A DNA stretch of 64,000 nucleotides from Candidatus Micrarchaeota archaeon (GTDB lineage Archaea; Micrarchaeota; Micrarchaeia; Micrarchaeales; CABMGC01). The translations under genes and the position numbers were made by a program. The DNA lies in contig DAHXMW010000001.1 of assembly GCA_027371545.1 (NCBI GenBank), forward strand, positions 9,378 through 73,377, read 5' to 3'. The notes below the pieces were generated by a model. It saw only the letters and a list, made by a program, of their open reading frames with translations. It did no database searches and had not been told where the DNA came from. Shown here piece after piece: positions 10,194 to 18,392 of this stretch. Each line of letters opens with the position of its first letter. The stretch's first letter is position 1.

Positions 10194-10841
10194 TTATTTT
10201 GGTGCGTGTGCGTCAAGCGCCTCCACGTTCTTTATATTCGAGAGGTTTTTTAAGGCTTCAAATGTGGCAAATGCCATATTATAAACGTCTCTCGTCCTTC
10301 CCCTTGAGAATGTCCATACGTCCTTAACTCCTGCAAGCTCAAGAACGGCTTTCACCGTATCGCTTGCAGCTATGCCTGCGCCTCTTGGAGCCGGTTTTAG
10401 TATGACCTCTGCGCTTCCGCACTTTGCCGATGTCCTGAGCATTATGCTGTGGGCTGTGCCGCAGTTGCACTCCCACGAACCGCAGCCGAGCTTTACGGAT
10501 ATTATATTCTTCTTGGCATCCCTGATTCCTGTCTCTATAGATGGCTTAACCTCCACGTCCTTCCCGAATCCGAATCCTACATGCCCTGCGTAATCCCCTA
10601 TTATGACCGTTGCCCTATATTTCTGCTTCCTGTTGTTCTTAGTCATCCTCTGCACTGACGCTATCTCAAGCACATTGTCCTTGAGCCCCGGTAGTATCCT
10701 GTCGACAATCTCTATCTCCTTTATCGGCTTTCCAGTTGCAAATATCTGCTCAATGGTTGTTATCTGGCCGCTGTTGACCAACTCGCCTATCTTTGTCCTT
10801 GGCTTCCAGATTACGCTTGTGCTTTCACTCTCCAAATCCAA
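10194..10841 (-). CDS. rps5: 30S ribosomal protein uS5
   Basis: WKPRTKIG, GCGSWEC.CG, PAPRG.G, GVKDVW. Confidence 0.97.
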   Translation of the reverse strand: MDLESESTSVIWKPRTKIGELVNSGQITTIEQIFATGKPIKEIEIVDRILPGLKDNVLEIASVQRMTKNNRKQKYRATVIIGDYAGHVGFGFGKDVEVKPSIETGIRDAKKNIISVKLGCGSWECNCGTAHSIMLRTSAKCGSAEVILKPAPRGAGIAASDTVKAVLELAGVKDVWTFSRGRTRDVYNMAFATFEALKNLSNIKNVEALDAHAPK

Positions 10842-10845
10842 TCAA

Positions 10846-11427
10846 TCACTCATTTTTCAATAGCTTCTCCTTAACGCTTGCAAATTTGGCTCCCAAAGAT
10901 GCAGGGTCAATTCCCTCCTTTATATAAGATGAGAACCTCTCCTTGTAGCCATCAGGGTTCTCCTTCTTCATCTCAGCAGCATACTTGGACAGTTCGGTGC
11001 AGTTGTAGAAAGAATCCTTTATGGAAAAGGTGCCCTTTATGTCCATGCCTCCGTCGACGCATCCCTTTCCGAACGCAAACGGTATCGAACTCGGCGAAGA
11101 CCGTGCAAGGCCTATATCCAATATGTAGCTTCCCTTCTTTCCATTAAGTTTTCTCCCGAGAAGAAATCCTGTAAGGTATGCCGTGGCCCTGTTTGCACGC
11201 GCAGGCCAGCCAAGCTTTGCCAACTCCTTAGAATCCGCGCGGGCTATAATCATGTCTCCTCTAGAATCGTATTTTACTACCTGGCCCATCACCATCCTGT
11301 TGCTCTTCCTTACGACTACTCTCTCAAATCCGCCCCTGACGAGCTTCATTCTCCTCTTATAGTCAGTAACGGCCTCCCTTCTCCTCCTAAACTTCAAATC
11401 TTTTATCGCTCTCTCCATCTCTGTCAC
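10846..11427 (-). CDS. rpl18: 50S ribosomal protein uL18
   Basis: FRRRRE..TDY.RR, AYLTG.L, LDIGL; operon position. Confidence 0.95.
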   Translation of the reverse strand: MTEMERAIKDLKFRRRREAVTDYKRRMKLVRGGFERVVVRKSNRMVMGQVVKYDSRGDMIIARADSKELAKLGWPARANRATAYLTGFLLGRKLNGKKGSYILDIGLARSSPSSIPFAFGKGCVDGGMDIKGTFSIKDSFYNCTELSKYAAEMKKENPDGYKERFSSYIKEGIDPASLGAKFASVKEKLLKNE

Positions 11428-11918
11428 TTATTATACCTGCTCCTTGCGTACTCGTTCACTTGCTTCAGGTCCTCGTCGCTTATCTTCGCCCCTTCTTCCC
11501 TGAGGTGAAGCAGCAGAGTTGCTTTGTTCTCGTAAGATGCGCCCTTTATGTGCCTGTAAAACTTCCTGAATGTCTTGGAATCGACTCTCTTCATGTCTCT
11601 GAGTTTCATCAGGAAAAGCCTCTGCGACCTGACCTTCTTCTCCCATCCTACCCCTTTCCTCGCATTGCTTGTTCCCTTGCGCCTTCCAGGGCCTCTGCGC
11701 CTTCCCTCATCGCGCTTCCTCTTCAGCACCTTTGAGTTCATGCTCAGGTTGTGCTTCTGAGGCAAGGCATATATTCCGCCATTCTTGACCAATTTGCGTA
11801 TATCCTCTGCTGTAAGGGCCTTCTCCGCCTCCTGCAACGACGCACCTTTTATGCGTATGGCGTTTATACCTCTGCCCATGATCCTGCTTGCGGTCCTCTT
11901 TGCAAATCTAACTCCCAT
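11424..11918 (-). CDS. rpl19e: 50S ribosomal protein eL19
   Basis: GRRRGPGRRKG..NAR motif. Confidence 0.95.
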   Translation of the reverse strand: MGVRFAKRTASRIMGRGINAIRIKGASLQEAEKALTAEDIRKLVKNGGIYALPQKHNLSMNSKVLKRKRDEGRRRGPGRRKGTSNARKGVGWEKKVRSQRLFLMKLRDMKRVDSKTFRKFYRHIKGASYENKATLLLHLREEGAKISDEDLKQVNEYARSRYNK

Positions 11919-12274
11919 CAACGCACCCTGTTTGAAATCTTTATACCTTTCCTGTCTGCAATCTCCTGAAGTGCAATTCTCTTCCTCAATGAAACCCCGT
12001 GGGCGAACTTCGCTACAACATCGCCGCCTTCAACCTGCAGCAATTCGCGCTCATTATGTACTACCTTCTCGAGCTCCACGCCGTTTTTCCTGAATCTTAC
12101 CTTCTCACTGTTCTTATACCCTATATTAGGCACAGCTCCGTATCCGCTCTTGTAAATCCTCTTCTTGTTGTCTACCCCTCTCTGCTTTCTCCATCTTGCG
12201 CTTACCCTCTTTCTCTTCTTTGCGCCATAATTCGGCACGTTGAATTTGGGATGCCTCTTCTTTATCATTTTCAT
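11918..12274 (-). CDS. rpl32e: 50S ribosomal protein eL32
   Basis: WRKQRGVDNK.R, P.IGY; start placed at the ATGA overlap with the uL6 stop. Confidence 0.93.
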   Translation of the reverse strand: MKMIKKRHPKFNVPNYGAKKRKRVSARWRKQRGVDNKKRIYKSGYGAVPNIGYKNSEKVRFRKNGVELEKVVHNERELLQVEGGDVVAKFAHGVSLRKRIALQEIADRKGIKISNRVR

Positions 12275-12795
12275 TCCTCTAAAGCCACGTATATGCCATC
12301 CTGGAATACTCTGGTATCGTATCCACGCGCTGCGCATGCCTTCCTCATGTTCGCAACAGTCTGGCCTACGTCATAATTGTCAACGCCCCTTACCGTAACG
12401 TCCTGCCCCTTTACCTCTACTTTGGTATCACCGACAGTGTGCGTTACTCTTGGTATCTTCTCTCCGAAGATGTTCTTTATGATTATGTCCCTGCCCTTTA
12501 TCTCTATTGACATCGGAAAGTGTGCGTAAACCACCTTCATCTTTACCTCTATCCCTTTAGTAACGCCTTCCATAGCGCTCTTCACTCCGGAAGAGAAGGA
12601 CTGTATGGCAAGCGCAGCAAATTTTTCAAGCTTCTTTCCTCCCTTTTCCTTTATTATTACCTTGCCGCCTTCGATACTCACGCTCATCAGCTTCCTGTTT
12701 ATCTTCTTCCTTGCAGTTCCGAGCTTGCCGCTGACTACTACAAAGTCTCCGTCAAGAGACAAATTCGCGCCCTGCGGTATATTAAGCTCGTACAT
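12271..12795 (-). CDS. rpl6: 50S ribosomal protein uL6
   Basis: YAHFPM, N.FGEK, D.RVFQDGIY. Confidence 0.97.
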   Translation of the reverse strand: MYELNIPQGANLSLDGDFVVVSGKLGTARKKINRKLMSVSIEGGKVIIKEKGGKKLEKFAALAIQSFSSGVKSAMEGVTKGIEVKMKVVYAHFPMSIEIKGRDIIIKNIFGEKIPRVTHTVGDTKVEVKGQDVTVRGVDNYDVGQTVANMRKACAARGYDTRVFQDGIYVALEE

Positions 12796-12806
12796 GGAAC
12801 ATCACA

Positions 12807-13190
12807 TCAATATACATATGCAAGCAGCCTTCCTCCTGTCCTCTTCTCCATTGCCTGCTTCGTTGTCATTATCCCAGAAGGGGTTGATATTATCACTATC
12901 CCGAAGTTCTTGCTTGGTATATGCCTTGCCTCGTATTTCTGCAGATCGGATATCGCTACCGCGTGCCTTGGCTTTATCACTCCTATATCGTTTATCTTCC
13001 TTGCCAGTGCAACCTTGAGCCTCTTGAACCTTCCATCTTCGTACTCTTCGAATCCTGATATGTAACCATTATCCTTCATTGTATTTAACACCGCCTTTAT
13101 TATTGTAGTTGACGGTAGCACGCACTCACGCATGCCAGCCGTCTCGTACACCTTTATCTTGTTTATCGCATCTGCGAATACGTCTACCAT
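12807..13190 (-). CDS. rps8: 30S ribosomal protein uS8
   Basis: INDIGVIKPR, ISTPSGIMT, GGRLLAYVY. Confidence 0.97.
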   Translation of the reverse strand: MVDVFADAINKIKVYETAGMRECVLPSTTIIKAVLNTMKDNGYISGFEEYEDGRFKRLKVALARKINDIGVIKPRHAVAISDLQKYEARHIPSKNFGIVIISTPSGIMTTKQAMEKRTGGRLLAYVY

Positions 13191-13195
13191 AAGAA

Positions 13196-13348
13196 TCACT
13201 GAAACTTTTCAAAACCTATCTGCCTTCCTACTTCCCTGAAGCATCTCCTGCATATATAGAGGTCATAAGACCTTATCAGGCCGCGTGCGTTCCCGCATAT
13301 CTTGCACTTTCTCCTGCCTCTTCCCTTGAATTTAAGATCATAACTCAT
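13196..13348 (-). CDS. rps14: 30S ribosomal protein uS14 (zinc-binding); below ORF-track length cutoff
   Basis: Manual translation MSYDLKFKGRGRRKCKICGNARGLIRSYDLYICRRCFREVGRQIGFEKFQ; lies between uL5 and uS8. Confidence 0.95.
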   Translation of the reverse strand: MSYDLKFKGRGRRKCKICGNARGLIRSYDLYICRRCFREVGRQIGFEKFQ

Positions 13349-13362
13349 CTTTATAAAATCAC

Positions 13363-13884
13363 CTAAGACTCTGTCGCTATACCTGCTTTGAAGTTGTCTT
13401 TTAAGTATCTTTCTATCTCCTCGCTACCTATGGTCCTGTGCGAGAGCGGCACCCTTGCTGATCTCCTCTTGCGCTTCTCCACCCTCCTGCCTCTCCTAGA
13501 GAAGGATGCATTCACGTTGAGCCCAAGCATGCCTATCTTCGGATCATACTTTACACCTGCTATGTAGATATACTCCTTGATTCCGAAGCTTAGCGAATTA
13601 TTTGTTATAGCCCCTTCCTTTATCAGGTTATCATTGGCATCAAGGGTCTTCTTGAGCATCTCGGATGCCTCTTCTCCTCTAAGGGTAACCATGCTGCCTA
13701 TTATCTGCCCTTTCCTAACATTGAGCTCCGGCTGCCTGTGCTTTGAGACTGTGAATGCTGCTTTATGTCCTGTAAGTTTTTCCAGCAGAGTCTTCGCATT
13801 CTGTGAGTTGGACTCGGTATCGCCTATGCCTATGTTAAGCACTACCTTCTCAAGCCTTATCTCTCTCATCTTGTTATCCGGCAT
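13363..13884 (-). CDS. rpl5: 50S ribosomal protein uL5
   Basis: N.MREIRLEKVVLNIG, VTLRG, SFGI.E, YDP.IG. Confidence 0.97.
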   Translation of the reverse strand: MPDNKMREIRLEKVVLNIGIGDTESNSQNAKTLLEKLTGHKAAFTVSKHRQPELNVRKGQIIGSMVTLRGEEASEMLKKTLDANDNLIKEGAITNNSLSFGIKEYIYIAGVKYDPKIGMLGLNVNASFSRRGRRVEKRKRRSARVPLSHRTIGSEEIERYLKDNFKAGIATES

Positions 13885-13893
13885 TATTCTCAG

Positions 13894-14559
13894 CTATACT
13901 ACCATTATATTATCAAGGAGGGTCTCTATTACCTTCCCGTCCTTAGTATTTATCTGGACAAGTGCATCTCTCTGCGCATTACCTTTCCTTATCTCCTTTA
14001 CCGTACCCTCTCCTGAGGAATGTACCCCCTTGATTACTACGCATCCGGCTCCCTCCTTAAGCCTAAGTACCTTCGCCTTGCCGCCTGAAAGGTCTACCGA
14101 ATCATTTACGTTTACGTCTTCAGAAAACCGCATATTGGTTCCATCGTGAAGCCTTATCATCTGTGTCTTGCCACGTGCGAGATACTTTCCCACCACCTTG
14201 AAGACATGCCTGTTGCCTTCTCCTATCGATACAGTTCCGTTCCTGCTTATTCCTACTACGTATCTTGCCTTATCCTCGCCCAATGATACTGCATCTCCAA
14301 AGCCCACCGGGTAATGCGGATCCCTTACCTTCCTGCCATTTACTGAGACCAGCCCATCCTTAAGTATCTTCCTGGCCTCGAACATCGTCCTTGCCGTGCC
14401 AAGTTTATCCCTGAGAAGTACACCTATAGGCAGGCTCATCTCCGCGGTATGCCTTCCCGGGTTCTGCACTGCTATATATTTGGAGAACTTCCTGCTAACC
14501 TGCGGATACTTTCCCGCAGCAAGCCTGTTTAAATGATTTGTTCCTCCTTTTTTTGACAT
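13894..14559 (-). CDS. rps4e: 30S ribosomal protein eS4
   Basis: HL.RLAA, PG.H, LLRD.L, YPVGFGD, LHDG.N. Confidence 0.95.
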   Translation of the reverse strand: MSKKGGTNHLNRLAAGKYPQVSRKFSKYIAVQNPGRHTAEMSLPIGVLLRDKLGTARTMFEARKILKDGLVSVNGRKVRDPHYPVGFGDAVSLGEDKARYVVGISRNGTVSIGEGNRHVFKVVGKYLARGKTQMIRLHDGTNMRFSEDVNVNDSVDLSGGKAKVLRLKEGAGCVVIKGVHSSGEGTVKEIRKGNAQRDALVQINTKDGKVIETLLDNIMVV

Positions 14560-14564
14560 GATAA

Positions 14565-14942
14565 TCAACCTTTCGTAGTGCTCTTCATACCCTCTACTGC
14601 TTTTGACCTAAGCTTGTCCTGCAGCCCAAGGTCTGTTATGTAGAGGTTGGATATCCTTATCGGTATCTGTATCTCCTTTCCCTTTGCATTCTTTCTAAGA
14701 TAAGAATCCACGTATGCTATGCCTCTCCTTACATCTACCTCGTCAATCTTGCCGGTCTTTCCCTTTCCGTCTCCGGCCATTATCTTTACGCTGTCTCCTT
14801 TCCTTAGCTGGATGCTCCTCCTTTTTATGCCAAGCTTTGCGGCGAGCTCCTTCGAGATATGCGCATGCGCGTATTTCTGCCTGACGCTCATCGGTGCCTG
14901 GAATCTTGCTTTCCTCTGCTTATTTGGTTTACCACTCGGCAT
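14565..14942 (-). CDS. rpl24: 50S ribosomal protein uL24
   Basis: P.KQRK, RKGD.VKIM.G..KG KOW motif. Confidence 0.95.
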   Translation of the reverse strand: MPSGKPNKQRKARFQAPMSVRQKYAHAHISKELAAKLGIKRRSIQLRKGDSVKIMAGDGKGKTGKIDEVDVRRGIAYVDSYLRKNAKGKEIQIPIRISNLYITDLGLQDKLRSKAVEGMKSTTKG

Positions 14943-14944
14943 AA

Positions 14945-15346
14945 TCACACTATCTTTGAGGCTATTCCTGCCACTTTTACAAACCTCTCAACTACTTCTC
15001 TAGCCATTGCGCCTTTTACCTCAGTCCCTATGGGCAGGTTTTCGTCGTTAATCATTATGCCCGCGTTATCCTCGAATTTAACCCTCAAGCCGTTTGCCCT
15101 CCTTATCAGGGCCCTCTGCCTGATTATTACTACGCGGACAGGCTTCTTCAGATAAGTTGGAGTCCCTTTCCTTACACTTGCGGATACTACGTCTCCTATT
15201 CCTGCCGCTGTCATCCTTCCATGCCTGCCATTGCTCTTGCCTATTATATGAATCATCCTGAATTCGTAAGCCCCGCTGTTGTCCGCACAGCTTATGACAG
15301 CGCCAGGGACGAGTGTCTTTGTTATATGCGTTGAGAAGCCCTTCAT
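14945..15346 (-). CDS. rpl14: 50S ribosomal protein uL14
   Basis: CADNSGA, AGIGD, IIRQR, FEDNA. Confidence 0.97.
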   Translation of the reverse strand: MKGFSTHITKTLVPGAVISCADNSGAYEFRMIHIIGKSNGRHGRMTAAGIGDVVSASVRKGTPTYLKKPVRVVIIRQRALIRRANGLRVKFEDNAGIMINDENLPIGTEVKGAMAREVVERFVKVAGIASKIV

Positions 15347-15351
15347 AAAAA

Positions 15352-15642
15352 TTACCCTTGCTTGATTACGTTTGTCACAACAAAAGACTTTGTCTTGCTG
15401 AGCCTTCTTGTCTCTGCTATCTCAACAGTATCTCCCTGCTTAACTCCCATGCACTCTGGATTATGTGCAGGTATGTGCGATCTCTTTCTGAGATACCTCT
15501 CGAACTTGTATATGTAACGGGTATAATCAACCTTGACAATAACGGTCTTCTTGGCCTTATTACTGACCACAACTCCGCTCATTCTAGAGCCTCTTGTTTT
15601 TATGCCTCCGTGAACGGGGCATCTAGTGTCGTTGCATTCCAA
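15352..15642 (-). CDS. rps17: 30S ribosomal protein uS17
   Basis: C.D..CP.HG, KFERY, AHNP.C, ETR.LSKTK. Confidence 0.97.
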   Translation of the reverse strand: MECNDTRCPVHGGIKTRGSRMSGVVVSNKAKKTVIVKVDYTRYIYKFERYLRKRSHIPAHNPECMGVKQGDTVEIAETRRLSKTKSFVVTNVIKQG

Positions 15643-15701
15643 AATATCAGCCTATCGCAAATTAAGAAGGCAAAATCAAATATATTTGAGGTGTTAGCTT
15701 A

Positions 15702-16013
15702 TTATAGTTTTCTGTTTGCAGAAGCCCTCCTGCGCGAGTAATACCTCAGCGATTTCTCGAGCCTGTCCTCTGGAGCGAAGTCTATCTCCGCGCCTTCAAC
15801 AAAAAAGTTGCTTTTTCCATCGGAAAAGTTGAATGATGCATTGTGCTTTATTATTGTCACATATCCACTGCTCCTACGGATCCTTATCGTATGGGTAGTC
15901 TCGTCCACAACTATTCCTGATATCCCTACCTGCTTCTTATCAAGCGCATCAGCAACCTCCACGTGCAGGCCTATGAGCTCGCCAATTACAATATTTTTGC
16001 TGTCGTAGTGCAT
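15702..16013 (-). CDS. rnp1: Ribonuclease P protein subunit Rpp29/Pop4
   Basis: ELIGL.V.V, G.VVDET, PEDR; conserved position upstream of uS17. Confidence 0.9.
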   Translation of the reverse strand: MHYDSKNIVIGELIGLHVEVADALDKKQVGISGIVVDETTHTIRIRRSSGYVTIIKHNASFNFSDGKSNFFVEGAEIDFAPEDRLEKSLRYYSRRRASANRKL

Positions 16014-16077
16014 ATCCTGATAATTCTACCAAGACCATTTATAAATATTCCCTACCGATAATTACAATAAAGAAAAA

Positions 16078-16992
16078 GTGATGATATTGCCCGCTCCAAT
16101 AGGAAAACTGGTTAGCGATTCATACTCGACGATACGCGAATCTCCGGAAATCCTCTACGCCCCAATAGCTGCAGGGATAATATTCTCATTAATGTATCTT
16201 CTCCTCTTGCAGCCTCTAGTAACCAATCTAGGCACTGAATCTGCTCTCCTTAGCACTAACCAGACAACAGCAAGCCAATTCCTCTCAAGCGTAAACCTTA
16301 CGGGGATTATAAGTGCAGAATTCGTATATATAGTAATAACGGTGCTTGTAGGCGTACTCCTTTCTGGCATGTATATCAGCTTCGCTGCGCAAAAGGCAGA
16401 TGGGAAAAAGCCATCATTGGGAGAAGCATTCAAATTTGGAAAGGAGCGATACCTTGACCTTCTCCTCCTCGATCTCGGAATATTCCTTATTGTAGCAATT
16501 ATTGCCGTGCTGCTCTTAATCATATTTGCAGGATTATTCGCTGCTGCATCTTCTTCAGCTGCGATAGCAATACTTGCGCTGGGCCTTCTGGTATTGGTAG
16601 TTATTGTTTTCATAATCCTCTTCTCGATCGGCTTGTTTGAGGCGGCAGTGATAAGGCTGCTAGAACATCGGGGGGTATGGGATTCAATAATGCAGAGCAT
16701 AGAGATAGGCAGGGCAAACTTCATAGCGCTGTTCATAATACTTATAGTTCTCGCAATAATAAGCGTAGTGTTTGTCAGCGTACCATCCGTAATACTGGGT
16801 CTTATATCTAGCTCCCTTTCCCAGCCTGCAACTCTTATACTGGGTCAGGTATTCTCAGTGTTCTCTACTGCTTTGGCAGTATTCTTCTACTACTCTCTGG
16901 GAAGGCAGACTGCAGTGGAAAGCGCAGCTGACAAGATGCCTGCGCGAAAGGCAGCTACACGGGCTAAGAGAAAAACCAAAAAAACGCAGTAG
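16078..16992 (+). CDS. Polytopic membrane protein of unknown function
   Basis: About 6 TM segments, basic C-terminal tail; similar to the next gene. Confidence 0.75.
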   Translation: MMILPAPIGKLVSDSYSTIRESPEILYAPIAAGIIFSLMYLLLLQPLVTNLGTESALLSTNQTTASQFLSSVNLTGIISAEFVYIVITVLVGVLLSGMYISFAAQKADGKKPSLGEAFKFGKERYLDLLLLDLGIFLIVAIIAVLLLIIFAGLFAAASSSAAIAILALGLLVLVVIVFIILFSIGLFEAAVIRLLEHRGVWDSIMQSIEIGRANFIALFIILIVLAIISVVFVSVPSVILGLISSSLSQPATLILGQVFSVFSTALAVFFYYSLGRQTAVESAADKMPARKAATRAKRKTKKTQ

Positions 16993-16997
16993 ATGCC

Positions 16998-17828
16998 GTG
17001 CGCACACGTGATATATTCAGAAAGACATTCGGCTTATTCGTTAGAAAGCCAAGGATACTTATTCTTCCTTTAGCCTTAGGTATTGCATTGGCATTCCTGG
17101 ATACGCTGCTACTGGCGCCATACAACCCCTCCTTGCATGAAGTTATACTTCAGTCCATATCGTATGTGCTTGGCGCACGTTCCCCGTTCATAAATTCAGA
17201 GGTTGCATACGCACTGATGGATCTTCTCTATTTTGTAATAAGCGAACTGCTCGGCCTTCTGATGACAGGTACATATATCTGCATAGTCGTTCAGGAGAGA
17301 AGGGGGCAGAAGCTCTCGATAAAATCAGCGGCAGAGCAGGCGGGGAGAAGGTACACGAGCCTGCTTGCCGCAAACCTCGCCGCAATACTGATACTTTTGG
17401 TATCAGTCTCCATTCCCCTGCTGGCATTTTCATACGTCATAAGCATGCTTCCACAAGGCGCCGCCGTGCCGGCAGTGATAATATCCGCAATAGCAATATT
17501 CTCCATAGCCGCGATAGTCGAGATAATGCTATTTCAGGTAAATGCAGCTAACCTTATAGGCGGAAAAGACGCTGCAGGCTCGATATACGGGAGCATAATA
17601 GTGGGCAGGAGCTACGCAAAGGAAACTGCAATACTAATGTCAATGCTTCTGCTTTCCAATATAATAATCATAGAGCTTCCGGCAATTGCCGCAGGACTTA
17701 TTATTCCTTCAAGCTCAGGCCCCACGGCTATACTTTTAGGGCAGTTCGCAGGTCTCATCGACTCGGTAGCGATGGCATACTTCTATTATCTCGAGAGAGG
17801 AAGCGCAAAACGGCATGCTTCATCTTAG
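16998..17828 (+). CDS. Polytopic membrane protein, paralogue of the upstream gene
   Basis: Shared motifs G.YI...Q...G.K.S, RY..LL, SI..GR, LGQ, A..YY. Confidence 0.75.
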   Translation: MRTRDIFRKTFGLFVRKPRILILPLALGIALAFLDTLLLAPYNPSLHEVILQSISYVLGARSPFINSEVAYALMDLLYFVISELLGLLMTGTYICIVVQERRGQKLSIKSAAEQAGRRYTSLLAANLAAILILLVSVSIPLLAFSYVISMLPQGAAVPAVIISAIAIFSIAAIVEIMLFQVNAANLIGGKDAAGSIYGSIIVGRSYAKETAILMSMLLLSNIIIIELPAIAAGLIIPSSSGPTAILLGQFAGLIDSVAMAYFYYLERGSAKRHASS

Positions 17829-18392
17829 TATGGCAAAGGTGATATACCCTGTATGCCATATCCCTTTAGTCGTAGGCCGCACGCCTTGATCCCTTACCAT
17901 GATTTCCCTGGCAATGACCTCTATTGTATATCTATCAGAGAATCCCAGCTTATCAAGCTTTTTAGCAAATGCAGCTACCTGCTCAGTATTGGGTGAATAG
18001 CCAGCAACAACCCCATCCTTCTTCAGCGCCTTTTTGCAGTGCCTCAGGGCCTTTTCCGGAGAGGGCAGGTCAAGGGAGATGAAGTCTACCATGCGTTCGT
18101 CTATGCCTTTAAATATATCCTTGTTCTTGAACTCTATGTTCTCTATACCCAGTGTCCTCCTGTTTCTCTCTGCTATCTCTATGAATTCGCTCCTCAACTC
18201 GTACGCATATACGAATTTGCATATCCTGGCAAGGCTGAGCGCCAGCCATCCGCTGCCCAGCCCTGCGTCTACGCATACGCTCTCCCTGGATACTCCTGAA
18301 AAAGCTATTATGGCACCTATATCCTTTGGGAGTATCACCTGCGGGCCTCTCCTAAGCTTCCTATACAACGGCGGGTAAATGAACATGCTCAA
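17820..18392 (-). CDS. trmI: tRNA (adenine-N1)-methyltransferase TrmI-like
   Basis: RGPQVILPKD, DAG.GSG, LDLP.P, HTGY; short N-terminus. Confidence 0.9.
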   Translation of the reverse strand: MSMFIYPPLYRKLRRGPQVILPKDIGAIIAFSGVSRESVCVDAGLGSGWLALSLARICKFVYAYELRSEFIEIAERNRRTLGIENIEFKNKDIFKGIDERMVDFISLDLPSPEKALRHCKKALKKDGVVAGYSPNTEQVAAFAKKLDKLGFSDRYTIEVIAREIMVRDQGVRPTTKGIWHTGYITFAILR

